Positions 13,352-22,690 of a stretch of 64,000 nt of DNA are shown piece by piece; the first letter of the stretch is position 1, and each line of letters starts with the position of its first letter. This stretch comes from Spirochaetia bacterium (GTDB lineage Bacteria; Spirochaetota; Spirochaetia; SZUA-6; Bin103). Under the pieces are notes generated by a model. The model saw nothing but the letters and a program-made list of their open reading frames with translations, ran no database searches and was not told the origin of the DNA. The position numbers and the translations under genes are program-made. The stretch is from the NCBI GenBank assembly GCA_965203515.1, contig OZ241907.1:2400001-2464000 (forward strand), given 5' to 3'.

Positions 13352-15555
13352 GAGCGGATCCGCTCCAGGGCGGCGTAGCGCAGGGCGAACGATGCCTCGT
13401 GCTCGGTGGCGAAGCGCACCGTCACGAACCAGGTGCCGGCGTGGTTCCAGCGGCGGGTGACGACCCCGCTGCCGTAGTCGTCGTGATAGACCTCGGCGCC
13501 GGCCGGAAAGTCGTCGGCCTCTCCGCCGTACCCGGCTGCCGCTCCGGCGGCCGCATCACGGGCCAGCAGCCGGGCGGGGATCTCCTCCAGAAACCGGCTC
13601 ATCCGCTGGTCGCGCCGCTGCCCGAACACGGTGCGGCTGGCGCAGCAGGTGACGTGCAGTCGGCTCCGGGCCCGCGTCACGGCGACGTAGAACAGGCGGC
13701 GTTCCTCCTCCAGGCCGCGCTGCGCCGGTTCGGCTCCGTCGCGGTCCCCCGGCAGGAGCGGGAACACCCCTTCCTCCATGCCGGTGACCACGACCCGCTC
13801 GAACTCCAGTCCCTTGGTGTTGTGCGCCGTGATCAGCGTCACGGGGCGGACCGCCCACTGCCGCTGCTCGCCGCGTTCGCGGCCGGCTTCGTGCAGCCCG
13901 GCCGCTTCGAGAAAACGATGCAGATCCCCGCGGCCGACGCCGAACGTCTCGGCGCTCGCCGCCAACTGCTCCAGGTTGCGCATCCGGCTGCCGCCGGACA
14001 CCGCGTCGAGCCGGCCGTAATGGGCGGCGAGGCCGGAGCGCTCCACCGCGGCAGCGACCAGCGACGCCACCGGCGCGTGCTCGGCCATCTCGCACAGCTC
14101 GTCGTGCAGCTCCAGAAAGGCGCCTACCCCGGCGCGGGCCGGCGCCGGCAGGGAGGCGCGCGCCGCGCGCGCCCGATCGACGGCGGTCACGGCGGACGGC
14201 CCCACGTCGAAGAGCGTCCCGCTCACGGCTCCCGCGGCCGGGCCCGGCTCCGCCGACAGAATGCGTTGCAGCGTCTTGGGGCCGACCGAGCGCCGCGGCG
14301 TGGCGAGCGCCCGCCGCAGCGCGACGGCGTCGGCAGGGTTGACCGTCAGGATCAAGTAGGCCAGTGCGTCCTTCACCTCCTGGCGCTCGAAGAAGCCGAT
14401 CGCCCCGACCAGCCGATAGGGTATGCGCAGCCGGCGGAACGCGGCCTCGAACGGCTGCGACTGAAAGTTCATCCGATAGAGAATCGCCGTCTCCAGATCG
14501 GGCTCTCGATCGACCAGCTCGCAGCACAGGCGAACCTCCGCTTCCTGATCGGTCAGCTCGTGCAACCGGGGAGCCGGTCCGGGCCCGTTCTCCGTCCACA
14601 GGGTCTTGCCCAGGCGGTCGCGGTTGCCTTCCATCACGCTCTGCGCGACCGCCAGGATCTGCGGCGTGGACCGGTAGTTCTGTTCCAGGCGCACGATCTC
14701 CGCGCCCGCGAAGTGGTCCGGGAATGACAGGAACGCCTGCACGTCGGCGCCCCTGAATCCGTAGATCGACTGGTCGTCGTCGCCGACCGCGCACACGTAG
14801 GCGCCGCCGCGCGCCAGCAAGCGCAGCAGGCGCACCTGCGCCCGATTGGCGTCCTGATACTCGTCGACCAGCAGCGCACGGAAGCGACCGGCGATCTCGG
14901 CGCCCGGTTCCGTGGACAGCACGTCGATCGTACGCAGAATCAGATCGCCGAAGTCCATGGCGTTGCTGCGCTGCAGATGCTCCTGATACGCGCCGTACAG
15001 CTCGGCCAGCGGCACGCCCGTCGGCGCTTCGAGCCGATCGAGATCATCGCGCGGGCGCAGGTCGTGATCCTTGGCGCGCGCGATCAACTCGGCCACCGCC
15101 TTGATCTCGTCGGCCGGCCATCCACCGCCGGCCGCGTCCCGCAGCACCGACAGCGCGTCGGCGCCGTCCAGAATGGAGAAGCTCGGATCTATGCCGACGC
15201 GGGCTCCGTAGCGCCGGAGCAGCCAGTTGCAGAACGAGTGGAACGTGCGGATGTTCGCGCCGGCGGCGGCCGGAAGCATCGCGGTCGCCCGCTCGCGCAT
15301 CTCGTCGGCCGCCTTGTTGGTGAAGGTGACCGCCAACATGGCGCGCGGCGGAATGCCGCGCCGCTCGGCCAGGTAGGCGATCTTGGTGGTGATCGCCCGC
15401 GTCTTGCCGGAGCCGGCTCCCGCCAGGATGAGCAGCGGGCGGCCCCAGTGCTCCACGGCGCGCCGCTGCGGCTCGTTCAGCATCGCCAAGTCGCCTGCGA
15501 GCGCATCACCGCCGGCCGAATCGGAGCCGCCCCCGCCCGACGTCGTTTCGGGCAA
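13348..15555 (-). CDS. pcrA: ATP-dependent DNA helicase PcrA/UvrD
   Basis: AGAGSGKT, TFTNKAA, VDEYQD, VGDDDQSIYGFRGA, LEQNYRST, TKGLEF, EEERRLFYVAVTRA, C-terminal Tudor-like tail. Confidence 0.93.
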   Translation of the reverse strand: MPETTSGGGGSDSAGGDALAGDLAMLNEPQRRAVEHWGRPLLILAGAGSGKTRAITTKIAYLAERRGIPPRAMLAVTFTNKAADEMRERATAMLPAAAGANIRTFHSFCNWLLRRYGARVGIDPSFSILDGADALSVLRDAAGGGWPADEIKAVAELIARAKDHDLRPRDDLDRLEAPTGVPLAELYGAYQEHLQRSNAMDFGDLILRTIDVLSTEPGAEIAGRFRALLVDEYQDANRAQVRLLRLLARGGAYVCAVGDDDQSIYGFRGADVQAFLSFPDHFAGAEIVRLEQNYRSTPQILAVAQSVMEGNRDRLGKTLWTENGPGPAPRLHELTDQEAEVRLCCELVDREPDLETAILYRMNFQSQPFEAAFRRLRIPYRLVGAIGFFERQEVKDALAYLILTVNPADAVALRRALATPRRSVGPKTLQRILSAEPGPAAGAVSGTLFDVGPSAVTAVDRARAARASLPAPARAGVGAFLELHDELCEMAEHAPVASLVAAAVERSGLAAHYGRLDAVSGGSRMRNLEQLAASAETFGVGRGDLHRFLEAAGLHEAGRERGEQRQWAVRPVTLITAHNTKGLEFERVVVTGMEEGVFPLLPGDRDGAEPAQRGLEEERRLFYVAVTRARSRLHVTCCASRTVFGQRRDQRMSRFLEEIPARLLARDAAAGAAAGYGGEADDFPAGAEVYHDDYGSGVVTRRWNHAGTWFVTVRFATEHEASFALRYAALERIRS

Positions 15556-15565
15556 CGTGCGGTCG

Positions 15566-16327
15566 TCAGCCTCTGGCGCGGCCGGAGCCGACCGGCGCCG
15601 CCTGCGCCGGTTCGTCCCCCGCGCCGCGCTGCAGGGTCAGGTTGACGCGGACCGGACCGCCGGTTCGGTCGACGCTGTTGAACAACACGCGCAGGTCGGT
15701 CCGGGCGTCGCCGTCCAGATCGAGCAGCCGCTCGCCGCCGACGGCGAGCGGCGCTTCGTTGTCGCCGTACCGGATGATCAGACCGTCATCGTACCGAGCC
15801 AGCAGCACGTCGTAGCGTCGAGCGCCGATCGGCACCTGTACCACGGTGCCGACCTCCAGCACCCGGATCACCACGTCGCCGGTCATCACGAACGGCTCCG
15901 GCGGAGCGGCGGCCGGCCGCTCCGCGGCGCGCTCGGCGGCCGCGGGCTGAATCACCCAGCGCACCAGGGCGGCGATCCCGCCCGCGAACACCAGCAGCGT
16001 CAGCGCAAGCACCGCCACCAGCGGCGACCGGCTGCGGCCAAGCGGCGCCTCGGCGCCGGGGCTCGTCCGCTGCGCGCGGTAGTGCTCGATGAGCGGCTCA
16101 GGATCGATATTGAGGTAGTCGGCGTAGCTGCGGATGAACCCGGTAACGTACGCCTCGCCCGGCAGGTCGGCGTAGTCGCCGGCCTCCAGCGCCTTGAGGA
16201 ATCGCTTGCTGATGTGAATGTCGCGCGTGACCTGTTCCAGGGAGATGCCGCGCGCCGTGCGGGACTCGCGGAGCGCAGCGCTCTCCGGCGATTCCCGGCT
16301 CTCCTCCGTCATCGGTTCAGCCGCCAT
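15566..16327 (-). CDS. RodZ-like HTH membrane protein
   Basis: LRESRTARGISLEQV...LEAGDYADLPGEAYVTGFIRSYADYL, then one TM helix. Confidence 0.85.
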   Translation of the reverse strand: MAAEPMTEESRESPESAALRESRTARGISLEQVTRDIHISKRFLKALEAGDYADLPGEAYVTGFIRSYADYLNIDPEPLIEHYRAQRTSPGAEAPLGRSRSPLVAVLALTLLVFAGGIAALVRWVIQPAAAERAAERPAAAPPEPFVMTGDVVIRVLEVGTVVQVPIGARRYDVLLARYDDGLIIRYGDNEAPLAVGGERLLDLDGDARTDLRVLFNSVDRTGGPVRVNLTLQRGAGDEPAQAAPVGSGRARG

Positions 16328-16336
16328 AGACTCCGG

Positions 16337-17218
16337 TCAGCCCCCGGCCAGGACGTCTCCGAAGAGGACGTCCCGATAGACGTTCGCGTCGGGCGGCGAT
16401 TCGTACCGGAACCGCGCGTCCGGTATCGACCGGTCGATCCGTACGGCGCGGAACTCGAGGGCGAGCCGACTCCCGGAGCGGTCTTCGCCGACGATGCTGC
16501 GAATCAACCGGTCGCCGCCGACCGCGATCTCGATCTTCTCGAATCCCTCCTCCGCGACCTGTCGTCGCAGGACCAGCCTGACCACCTCCTGACCGGAGCC
16601 GTCGTTGAGCGGCACCGGATCGGGGCCCACCTGATAGGCGATCGCGTAGTTGGCGCGCAGGGAGCGCAAGCCGGACGCCGACGCAAGACGGGACGCCAGC
16701 GAAGCCGCGGCGGGAGACGCCGCGCCGCCGAGCCGCTGCTCGATGATGAGGTCGAGTCCGGGCACGTAGATGGTGAGCAGCGATCCGTCCGACACCAGAA
16801 CCTGACCGGACGGATCGCTGAAGTCGATACGGAGCAGATCGGGTCGCTTGAACGAGAGCGTCCCCTCCATCCGCGACAGCTCGACCTCCCGCAGCACGGA
16901 GCCGGAGTCCGACGCGCCCGCTCCGCCGTCTTCCGCCACCCGTTGAAAGCGGCGCGTGGCGATCACCACGTCGGCCTGATAATCCTCGATGTCGGCGTAG
17001 ACTCGCGCGACCTCCGCGAAGAACGCCTGCGCGGTGACCAGCTCGGGGGCTGACGAGACCTCCGCCGCCGCGACCGTCCCGATCGCCGCGACCATCCCGA
17101 TCGCCGCGGCGGCGACGGCAACGCGCCGCCGCCCCGACGACCCGCGCAGAAGCGGGCGCCCGATCGCCATCCGCGCATGAGCACTCCGCGTATGGGCACT
17201 CCGCACTGCGTCGCGCAT
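16337..17218 (-). CDS. lolA: Outer-membrane lipoprotein carrier LolA-family protein
   Basis: GTLSFKRPDLLRIDF, QVLVSDGSLLTIYVP, FRYESPPDANV; true start may be downstream. Confidence 0.8.
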   Translation of the reverse strand: MRDAVRSAHTRSAHARMAIGRPLLRGSSGRRRVAVAAAAIGMVAAIGTVAAAEVSSAPELVTAQAFFAEVARVYADIEDYQADVVIATRRFQRVAEDGGAGASDSGSVLREVELSRMEGTLSFKRPDLLRIDFSDPSGQVLVSDGSLLTIYVPGLDLIIEQRLGGAASPAAASLASRLASASGLRSLRANYAIAYQVGPDPVPLNDGSGQEVVRLVLRRQVAEEGFEKIEIAVGGDRLIRSIVGEDRSGSRLALEFRAVRIDRSIPDARFRYESPPDANVYRDVLFGDVLAGG

Positions 17219-17229
17219 GCCGGTTCGGA

Positions 17230-17979
17230 CTACGCCCGCCGCTGCTGCAAGGCGTGGATCCGGTCGCGCAGCTCCGCCGCCCGTTCATAGGCTTCCTGCT
17301 CGACCGCTTCATCCAGCGCGGCGTTCAACCGCTCCAGCACGGTCGGCTTGCGCGCCTTGATCTGGTTCAACGCGGTGCGCAGGTACTGGAGGGACCGCAG
17401 CCGTTCGTAGTGGTAGGTCGGCGTATCGACTTCGTCGAGCGCGCCGATGTCGTCGATCGCGCCCTGCAACGCATCGCGCGCGCCGTCCGGGTTCTCGGCG
17501 CCGAGATGGAGCATGGCGTCCGCCATGGCGTTCATGCGGATGATGTAGGGGCGGTACTGCAGTATCTCCTTCTGGTCGTCCGCCTCCTGCACGTAACGCT
17601 CGACCAGATCGCAGATCTGCAGGTTGTGCATGGTGTCGCTGACGGTCCGTTCGAAGTCCCCCATCTGAAACAGGATCAGATAGCGGTAGTAGTAGAGGAT
17701 GCCCTCGTTCTGCAGACGCAGGAAGTCGTCGTGGTCGATCAGGAAGCCGCCGTCGCGGGGGGCCTCACAGGAGTCGAGGCGGTCGAGCATCTCCACCAGC
17801 ACCGATTCCTTGCCGAACGGACGCAGACCGTCCGGCCGCCCATCGAGCTCGTACTGCTCGATGCCGAGCGGTTGGCGCACCTGCAGCACCCGACGTCCGT
17901 CGCGCGCCTTGATCACCCGGTATTGGTCGTCGGCGTCGTACCGCCAGTCTTCGAGGACTTCCGTCAGGTCCCGGTCCAT
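17230..17979 (-). CDS. UvrB/UvrC-motif-containing protein
   Basis: LQVRQPLGIEQYELDGRPDG, QYRPYI, C-terminal UVR motif AVEQEAYERAAELRDRI; start reassigned to ATG 17979. Confidence 0.8.
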   Translation of the reverse strand: MDRDLTEVLEDWRYDADDQYRVIKARDGRRVLQVRQPLGIEQYELDGRPDGLRPFGKESVLVEMLDRLDSCEAPRDGGFLIDHDDFLRLQNEGILYYYRYLILFQMGDFERTVSDTMHNLQICDLVERYVQEADDQKEILQYRPYIIRMNAMADAMLHLGAENPDGARDALQGAIDDIGALDEVDTPTYHYERLRSLQYLRTALNQIKARKPTVLERLNAALDEAVEQEAYERAAELRDRIHALQQRRA

Positions 17980-18086
17980 CGATTCATCGCTACCCAGCAT
18001 GTCAATGATAACGACATGCGAAGGCCGCAAGGCAACCCCGAACGGGCCGATCCCGCCGGCGGCAGCCATGCTATCATCCTGCGTCG

Positions 18087-18776
18087 ATGGCCGTGCATGT
18101 CATCGACCTGTCCGGGTCGCTCATCGAGCGTGAGTCGACCGCCGCCGCGTACCTCGACCGGTTTCGCTCCGCCGTGCTCGAAGCCCTGCGCGCGTCGGCC
18201 GGCGACAAGGCGATCGTCGTCACCGGCGGCGGCGATCTGGCGCGGGATTACCAGGCCGCCTATCGCCGGCTGGCGGCGGCGCCGGCGGACGAAGCGCAGG
18301 ACTGGATCGGCGTCGCCGCGACGCGGCTGCACGGCGAGCTGCTGCGCCACGCGTTCGCCCCTGACTGCTGCGCGCCGCTGATCATCGACCCTACCGACGT
18401 CCCCGCGTTCCCGGGCCGCGTGATGGTCGCTGCCGGTTGGAAGCCGGGCTTCTCCACCGACTACGACGCCGTGTTGCTGGCGCAGCGCTTCGGAGCCGAC
18501 ACCGTCATCAAGATGTCCAACGTCGCCATGGTCTATTCGAGCGATCCCCGGCTCGACGCCGGCGCGCGCCCGCTCACGCACGTCACCTGGAGCGAGTTGG
18601 AAGGGATGAGCGACGGGAAGTGGCAGCCCGGCAGCAGGCTGCCGTTCGACCCGGTAGCCGCCCGCGCCGCCTGCCGGCATGGCATGACCGTGATCTTCAC
18701 CGGCAGCGACACCGGCAACCTGCGGTCGATCCTGGAGGGCCGCCCCTATCGCGGGACCACGATCACGGGGGGCTGA
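18087..18776 (+). CDS. pyrH: Uridylate kinase (archaeal-type)
   Basis: VTGGGDLARDYQ, DWIGVAATRL, GWKPGFSTDYDA, VYSSDPR, PFDPVA, GTTI. Confidence 0.88.
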   Translation: MAVHVIDLSGSLIERESTAAAYLDRFRSAVLEALRASAGDKAIVVTGGGDLARDYQAAYRRLAAAPADEAQDWIGVAATRLHGELLRHAFAPDCCAPLIIDPTDVPAFPGRVMVAAGWKPGFSTDYDAVLLAQRFGADTVIKMSNVAMVYSSDPRLDAGARPLTHVTWSELEGMSDGKWQPGSRLPFDPVAARAACRHGMTVIFTGSDTGNLRSILEGRPYRGTTITGG

Positions 18777-18795
18777 ATGCCGGCCCTGTGCGGGT

Positions 18796-18823
18796 TTGAC
18801 ATCGGCTCGGGCACCGTTAGGAT
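18796..18823 (+). promoter_or_regulatory. Putative sigma70 promoter for tRNA-Leu
   Basis: TTGACA-N16-TAGGAT followed by a GC-rich stretch. Confidence 0.55.
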
Positions 18824-18870
18824 TGGCCTGGGCCGCGCGCCGCGCCGTTGCGCGCGGCCGTTCACCTCAC

Positions 18871-18954
18871 GCCGGCGTGATGAAATCGGTAGACATGCCA
18901 GACTCAAAATCTGGTGGGGGCGACCCCGTGTCGGTTCGAGTCCGACCGCCGGCA
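18871..18954 (+). tRNA. tRNA-Leu (anticodon CAA), CCA not encoded
   Basis: Acceptor GCCGGCG/CGCCGGC plus A discriminator, D-loop GGTAGAC, anticodon arm CCAGA-CTCAAAA-TCTGG, long variable arm GGGGCGACCCC, T-loop GGTTCGAGTCC. Confidence 0.97.
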
Positions 18955-18986
18955 GTCCGACCGCTTGGCGCGGCCGCACCGGCCGC

Positions 18987-19499
18987 TCACACGGTCAGCT
19001 CGACCAGCTCCAGGTCGTTGGCCGCCGCGTCGTAGAGACCGTAGGTGAGCGGCCCACCCATGGCGCCCAGCGCGCCGGGGTTGGCCAGCAGCACCGTACG
19101 GCCGTCCGCCGGTATCCGCTCCACGTTGGCGCGGTGGTCGTGGCCGTAGAAGACCGCGTCGTACCGGCCGCCGCACGCGAGCGCCCGCGCCAGGCGCGGG
19201 TAGTGCTGCATGGCGATACGCCGCCCGCCGATGGCGATCTCCGCCAGCTCCGCGCCGTGGAACCGAAAGCCGGTTCGATCCGCGGTGCGGGTGGTCATCA
19301 GGTAATGGTCGCCGTCGACGTTGCCGGCCACCAGGTCGACCTGCCCCGCGAACCGGTCGAGCAACCGCATCAGGGTCAGCGGCGCGCAGACGTCGCCGCA
19401 ATGCAGCAGGTGCGTGCAGCCCGCGTCGGCGAGGCGCCGGCACAGGGCGTCGAGCGCCGGCCAGTTGTCATGGGTGTCGGAGACGACCGCGACGCGCAC
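18987..19499 (-). CDS. YfcE/MJ0936-family metallophosphoesterase
   Basis: SDTHDN, HCGD, GNVD, YGHDH, NPG; start reassigned to GTG 19499. Confidence 0.88.
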   Translation of the reverse strand: MRVAVVSDTHDNWPALDALCRRLADAGCTHLLHCGDVCAPLTLMRLLDRFAGQVDLVAGNVDGDHYLMTTRTADRTGFRFHGAELAEIAIGGRRIAMQHYPRLARALACGGRYDAVFYGHDHRANVERIPADGRTVLLANPGALGAMGGPLTYGLYDAAANDLELVELTV

Positions 19500-19516
19500 C
19501 GCCGGCGCTCCGGCCT

Positions 19517-20761
19517 TCAACCGTCGTACCGCTTCAGGGCGACCACCGCGTTGTGACCGCCGAATCCGAACGAGTTGGTGAGCGCGGCACGCATGGGAGC
19601 GTCCTGCCCGCGGTTGGGAACGTAGTCGAGGTCGCACTCCGGGTCCGGCGTCTCGTAGTTGATGGTCGCCGGGTAGAACTGTTCCTGCAAACCCTTGGCG
19701 GTCGCGATCGCTTCCACGCCGCCGGCAGCGCCGAGCAGGTGGCCGACCATCGACTTGGTCGAAGATACCTTCAGCCGGGCGGCGTGGTCGCCGAACACCT
19801 CCTTGATCGCCAGCGTCTCGGTGGCGTCGTTGAGCTGTGTCGACGTGCCGTGGGCATTGACGTAGTCGAACGCCTCAGGCGGCATGCCGCTGCCGGCGAT
19901 CGCCATCCTCATCGCGTTCACCGCGCCCTTGCCACGCGGATGGGGAGCGGTCAGGTGGTTGGCGTCACAGGTGACGCCGTAGCCGACCACCTCGCAATAG
20001 ATCGGCGCGGACCGCGACTTGGCGTGCTCCAGTTCCTCCAGGATGAGCGTTCCCGCCCCCTCGCCCAGGACGAAGCCGTCACGGTCCTTGTCGAACGGCC
20101 GGCTGGCCCGTTTGGGGTCGTCGTTGTAGGAGGAAGTGACCGCCTGCAGCCCCGAGAACCCGGACAGGGCCAGCGGAGCGACGGCGGCCTCGGCGCCGCC
20201 GGTCACCATGACGTCGACCGTGCCGTCCTTGACCCACCGGTACGACTCGCCGATGGCGTCGTTGGCCGACGCGCACGCCGAGACGACCGTGTACGACGGA
20301 CCGTGAGCGTGGATCCGGATCGCGACGTGGCCGGCGGCGATGTTGCTGATCATCTTCGTCACCAGCAGCGGATGGACCGCCTTGGGACCGCGGTCGAACA
20401 GGTGCTTGAACTCGGCGTGCAGCGTGTGGATGCCGCCGAACCCGACCCCCAGAATGACGCCGGTCCGGTCCGAGTCGAGGTCATCGACCGCCAGCCCGGC
20501 GTCGGCCATCGCTTCCATCGCCGTCACCATCGCGAACATGGCGAAGCGGTCCAGGCGGCGCTCCTCGCGCCGGTCGAGGTACTTCGAGGGATCGAGGCCC
20601 CGGACCTCGCCCGCCACCTTCGAGGGATAGTCCGAGACGTCGAAGGAAGCGACGTGGTCGATCCCGCACTCGTTGTTCCTGACCGCACGCCAGAACGTAT
20701 CGACGTCGTTCCCCACGGGAGTGACGGCGCCGAGTCCCGTAACCACCACACGTCTGTCCAT
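19517..20761 (-). CDS. fabF: 3-oxoacyl-ACP synthase II
   Basis: [54 protein letters not shown]. Confidence 0.97.
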   Translation of the reverse strand: MDRRVVVTGLGAVTPVGNDVDTFWRAVRNNECGIDHVASFDVSDYPSKVAGEVRGLDPSKYLDRREERRLDRFAMFAMVTAMEAMADAGLAVDDLDSDRTGVILGVGFGGIHTLHAEFKHLFDRGPKAVHPLLVTKMISNIAAGHVAIRIHAHGPSYTVVSACASANDAIGESYRWVKDGTVDVMVTGGAEAAVAPLALSGFSGLQAVTSSYNDDPKRASRPFDKDRDGFVLGEGAGTLILEELEHAKSRSAPIYCEVVGYGVTCDANHLTAPHPRGKGAVNAMRMAIAGSGMPPEAFDYVNAHGTSTQLNDATETLAIKEVFGDHAARLKVSSTKSMVGHLLGAAGGVEAIATAKGLQEQFYPATINYETPDPECDLDYVPNRGQDAPMRAALTNSFGFGGHNAVVALKRYDG

Positions 20762-20797
20762 TGATCCTTCTCCTTCGACCGGTTCCGTGGCTTCCGC

Positions 20798-21526
20798 CTA
20801 CATCGACAGTCCGCCGTCCACCTGCAACACCTGTCCGGTGACGTAGGCGGAGCGGGCCGAGGCGAGGAAGGCGACCAGCTCGGCGACCTCTTCGGGCGTT
20901 CCGGTGCGGCCGAGCGGTATCAGACCGGTGATCGTCTTGCGCACCGCGTCGCCGAGCGACGCGGTCATGCCGGTCTCGATATAGCCGGGAGCGACCACGT
21001 TGACCCGCACGCCGCGACCGGCCACCTCACGCGCCAAGCTCTTCGAGAAGCCGATGATTCCAGCCTTCGACGCACAATAGTTGGTCTGGCCGGGGTTGCC
21101 GGTCAAGCCGACTACCGACGAGACGTTGACGATCGACCCGGCGCGCCGCCGGACCATGTCACGGGCGACGACCTTGCAGGTGAGGAACGTCGCCGTCAGG
21201 TTGAGCGCCAGGACCGCGTCCCAGTCCTGCCGCGCCATGCGGAACACCAGTCCGTCACGGGTGATGCCGGCGTTGTTCACCAGCACCTGCACGCCCCGGT
21301 TCTCCGCGAGGATCTCGCCGAGGCGCGCGTTCACGGCATCTTCGTCGGCCAGGTCGGTGGCCAGCCACGTGTAATCGCCCCGATCCCGCAGCCCGGCGGC
21401 GCCGTCATCGGCGGTCCGCGACAGCGAATAGACCTTGGCGCCGTCCCGCAGCAGGGACCGGACGACCGCCGCTCCGATACCGCGCGAGCCGCCGGTCACC
21501 ACCGCGACCGCGCCGGCCAGGCTCAT
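20798..21526 (-). CDS. fabG: 3-oxoacyl-ACP reductase
   Basis: TGGSRGIG, NNAGITRD, YCASKAG, VAPGYIET, GQVLQVDGG; start ATG 21526. Confidence 0.95.
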   Translation of the reverse strand: MSLAGAVAVVTGGSRGIGAAVVRSLLRDGAKVYSLSRTADDGAAGLRDRGDYTWLATDLADEDAVNARLGEILAENRGVQVLVNNAGITRDGLVFRMARQDWDAVLALNLTATFLTCKVVARDMVRRRAGSIVNVSSVVGLTGNPGQTNYCASKAGIIGFSKSLAREVAGRGVRVNVVAPGYIETGMTASLGDAVRKTITGLIPLGRTGTPEEVAELVAFLASARSAYVTGQVLQVDGGLSM

Positions 21527-22464
21527 GCCGTCGCCGCCGAGACCGCTTCGATCGCCTCCAGGGTGCCGGCCGCCTCGCACCGCAACCGGCCGGGAAAGCC
21601 TCGGAACAGGCCGGCGAGCACCTGGCCCGGCCCGACCTCCAGGTAGCGCCGGTATCCGTCGGCCTGCAGGGCGGCCACCTCATCGGTCCAGCGCACGCTC
21701 GATACCACCTGCCGGACGCAGAGATCGCGCGCTTCGCTGCCGGAGGTGACCCGCGCGCCGGTGACGTTGGCGTAGACCGGCCGCACCGGATCCGCGAACG
21801 GCACGTCGGCCAGCACCTCCGCCAGCCGATCGGCCGCGTCGCGAATCAGCGGCGAATGAAACGGCCCGGAGACCTTCAGGGCGATGAAACGGCGCGCACC
21901 CGCCTCCATGCAGGCCGCTTCCGCATCGCGCAGCCCGCCGGCCGTGCCGGCCAACACCACCTGCCGCGGGCTGGAGTAGTTGGCGATGAAGACGCTTCCG
22001 GCCTGCAGATCGGCGATCGCGGCTTCCACGCGCTCGGGCGCCAGCCCGACCACCGCGGCCATCCCAGAGCGCCCTTCGGCGGTATCGGAGGCGCGGCTGG
22101 CCGCCTCCATGGCGACGCCGCGCGCCTTGGCGATCGGGAAGATGTCGGCCGCGGCGATCACCCCGGCCAAGTGCAGCGCCGAGTATTCGCCAAGGCTGAA
22201 CCCGGCGAAGCCGTCGCCGGTCACGCCGTGCTCGCCGAGCACCGCGGCCGCCGACAGGTTGGCCAGGGTGACCGCTATCTGCGTGCGGTCGGTGGCGCGC
22301 AACTCCTCCTCGGTACCTTCGAACAGCAGGCGCCGCAGGTCGACGCCCGTGGCCTCGGAGGCGACCCCGAACAGATCCTTGACCGCATGGCTGCGCTCCC
22401 AGAGATCACGGGCCATCCCCGGGTACTGGGCGCCCTGCGCCGGGAACAGGAAACACGTCCGCAT
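21523..22464 (-). CDS. fabD: Malonyl-CoA:ACP transacylase
   Basis: FLFPAQGAQ, GFSLGEY, VSGPFHS, SVRW, EVGPG; start ATG 22464. Confidence 0.93.
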   Translation of the reverse strand: MRTCFLFPAQGAQYPGMARDLWERSHAVKDLFGVASEATGVDLRRLLFEGTEEELRATDRTQIAVTLANLSAAAVLGEHGVTGDGFAGFSLGEYSALHLAGVIAAADIFPIAKARGVAMEAASRASDTAEGRSGMAAVVGLAPERVEAAIADLQAGSVFIANYSSPRQVVLAGTAGGLRDAEAACMEAGARRFIALKVSGPFHSPLIRDAADRLAEVLADVPFADPVRPVYANVTGARVTSGSEARDLCVRQVVSSVRWTDEVAALQADGYRRYLEVGPGQVLAGLFRGFPGRLRCEAAGTLEAIEAVSAATA

Positions 22465-22600
22465 TTGGGTGGTGCTGACCGCACCGTACCCTTTCCCGCC
22501 TCGGCAGGTCAACGGCTGGCCCGCGCGCCCAGGCGGGCCGTCCTTCGGCCATTCTTCGGTCTTGGCTACCTGTCGCTGGCCCGCACCCGCGGCGGACCGC

Positions 22601-22629
22601 TTGACCGCGTGAAGACCGGGGCTTACAGT
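22601..22629 (+). promoter_or_regulatory. Putative sigma70 promoter for fabH
   Basis: TTGACC-N17-TACAGT; AAGGAG Shine-Dalgarno before ATG 22691. Confidence 0.55.
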
Positions 22630-22690
22630 CGGCGACCGACAGTCGTCTTCCGAAGGCGGACCGACCACCATACCGCTCCAAGGAGACCCG

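Noticed and set aside
22465..22690. Possible riboswitch or ncRNA in this and other intergenic regions (24515-24779, 32857-33015, 58296-58374)
   Set aside because: Only generic GC hairpins; no recognisable aptamer consensus. A covariance-model search would be needed.
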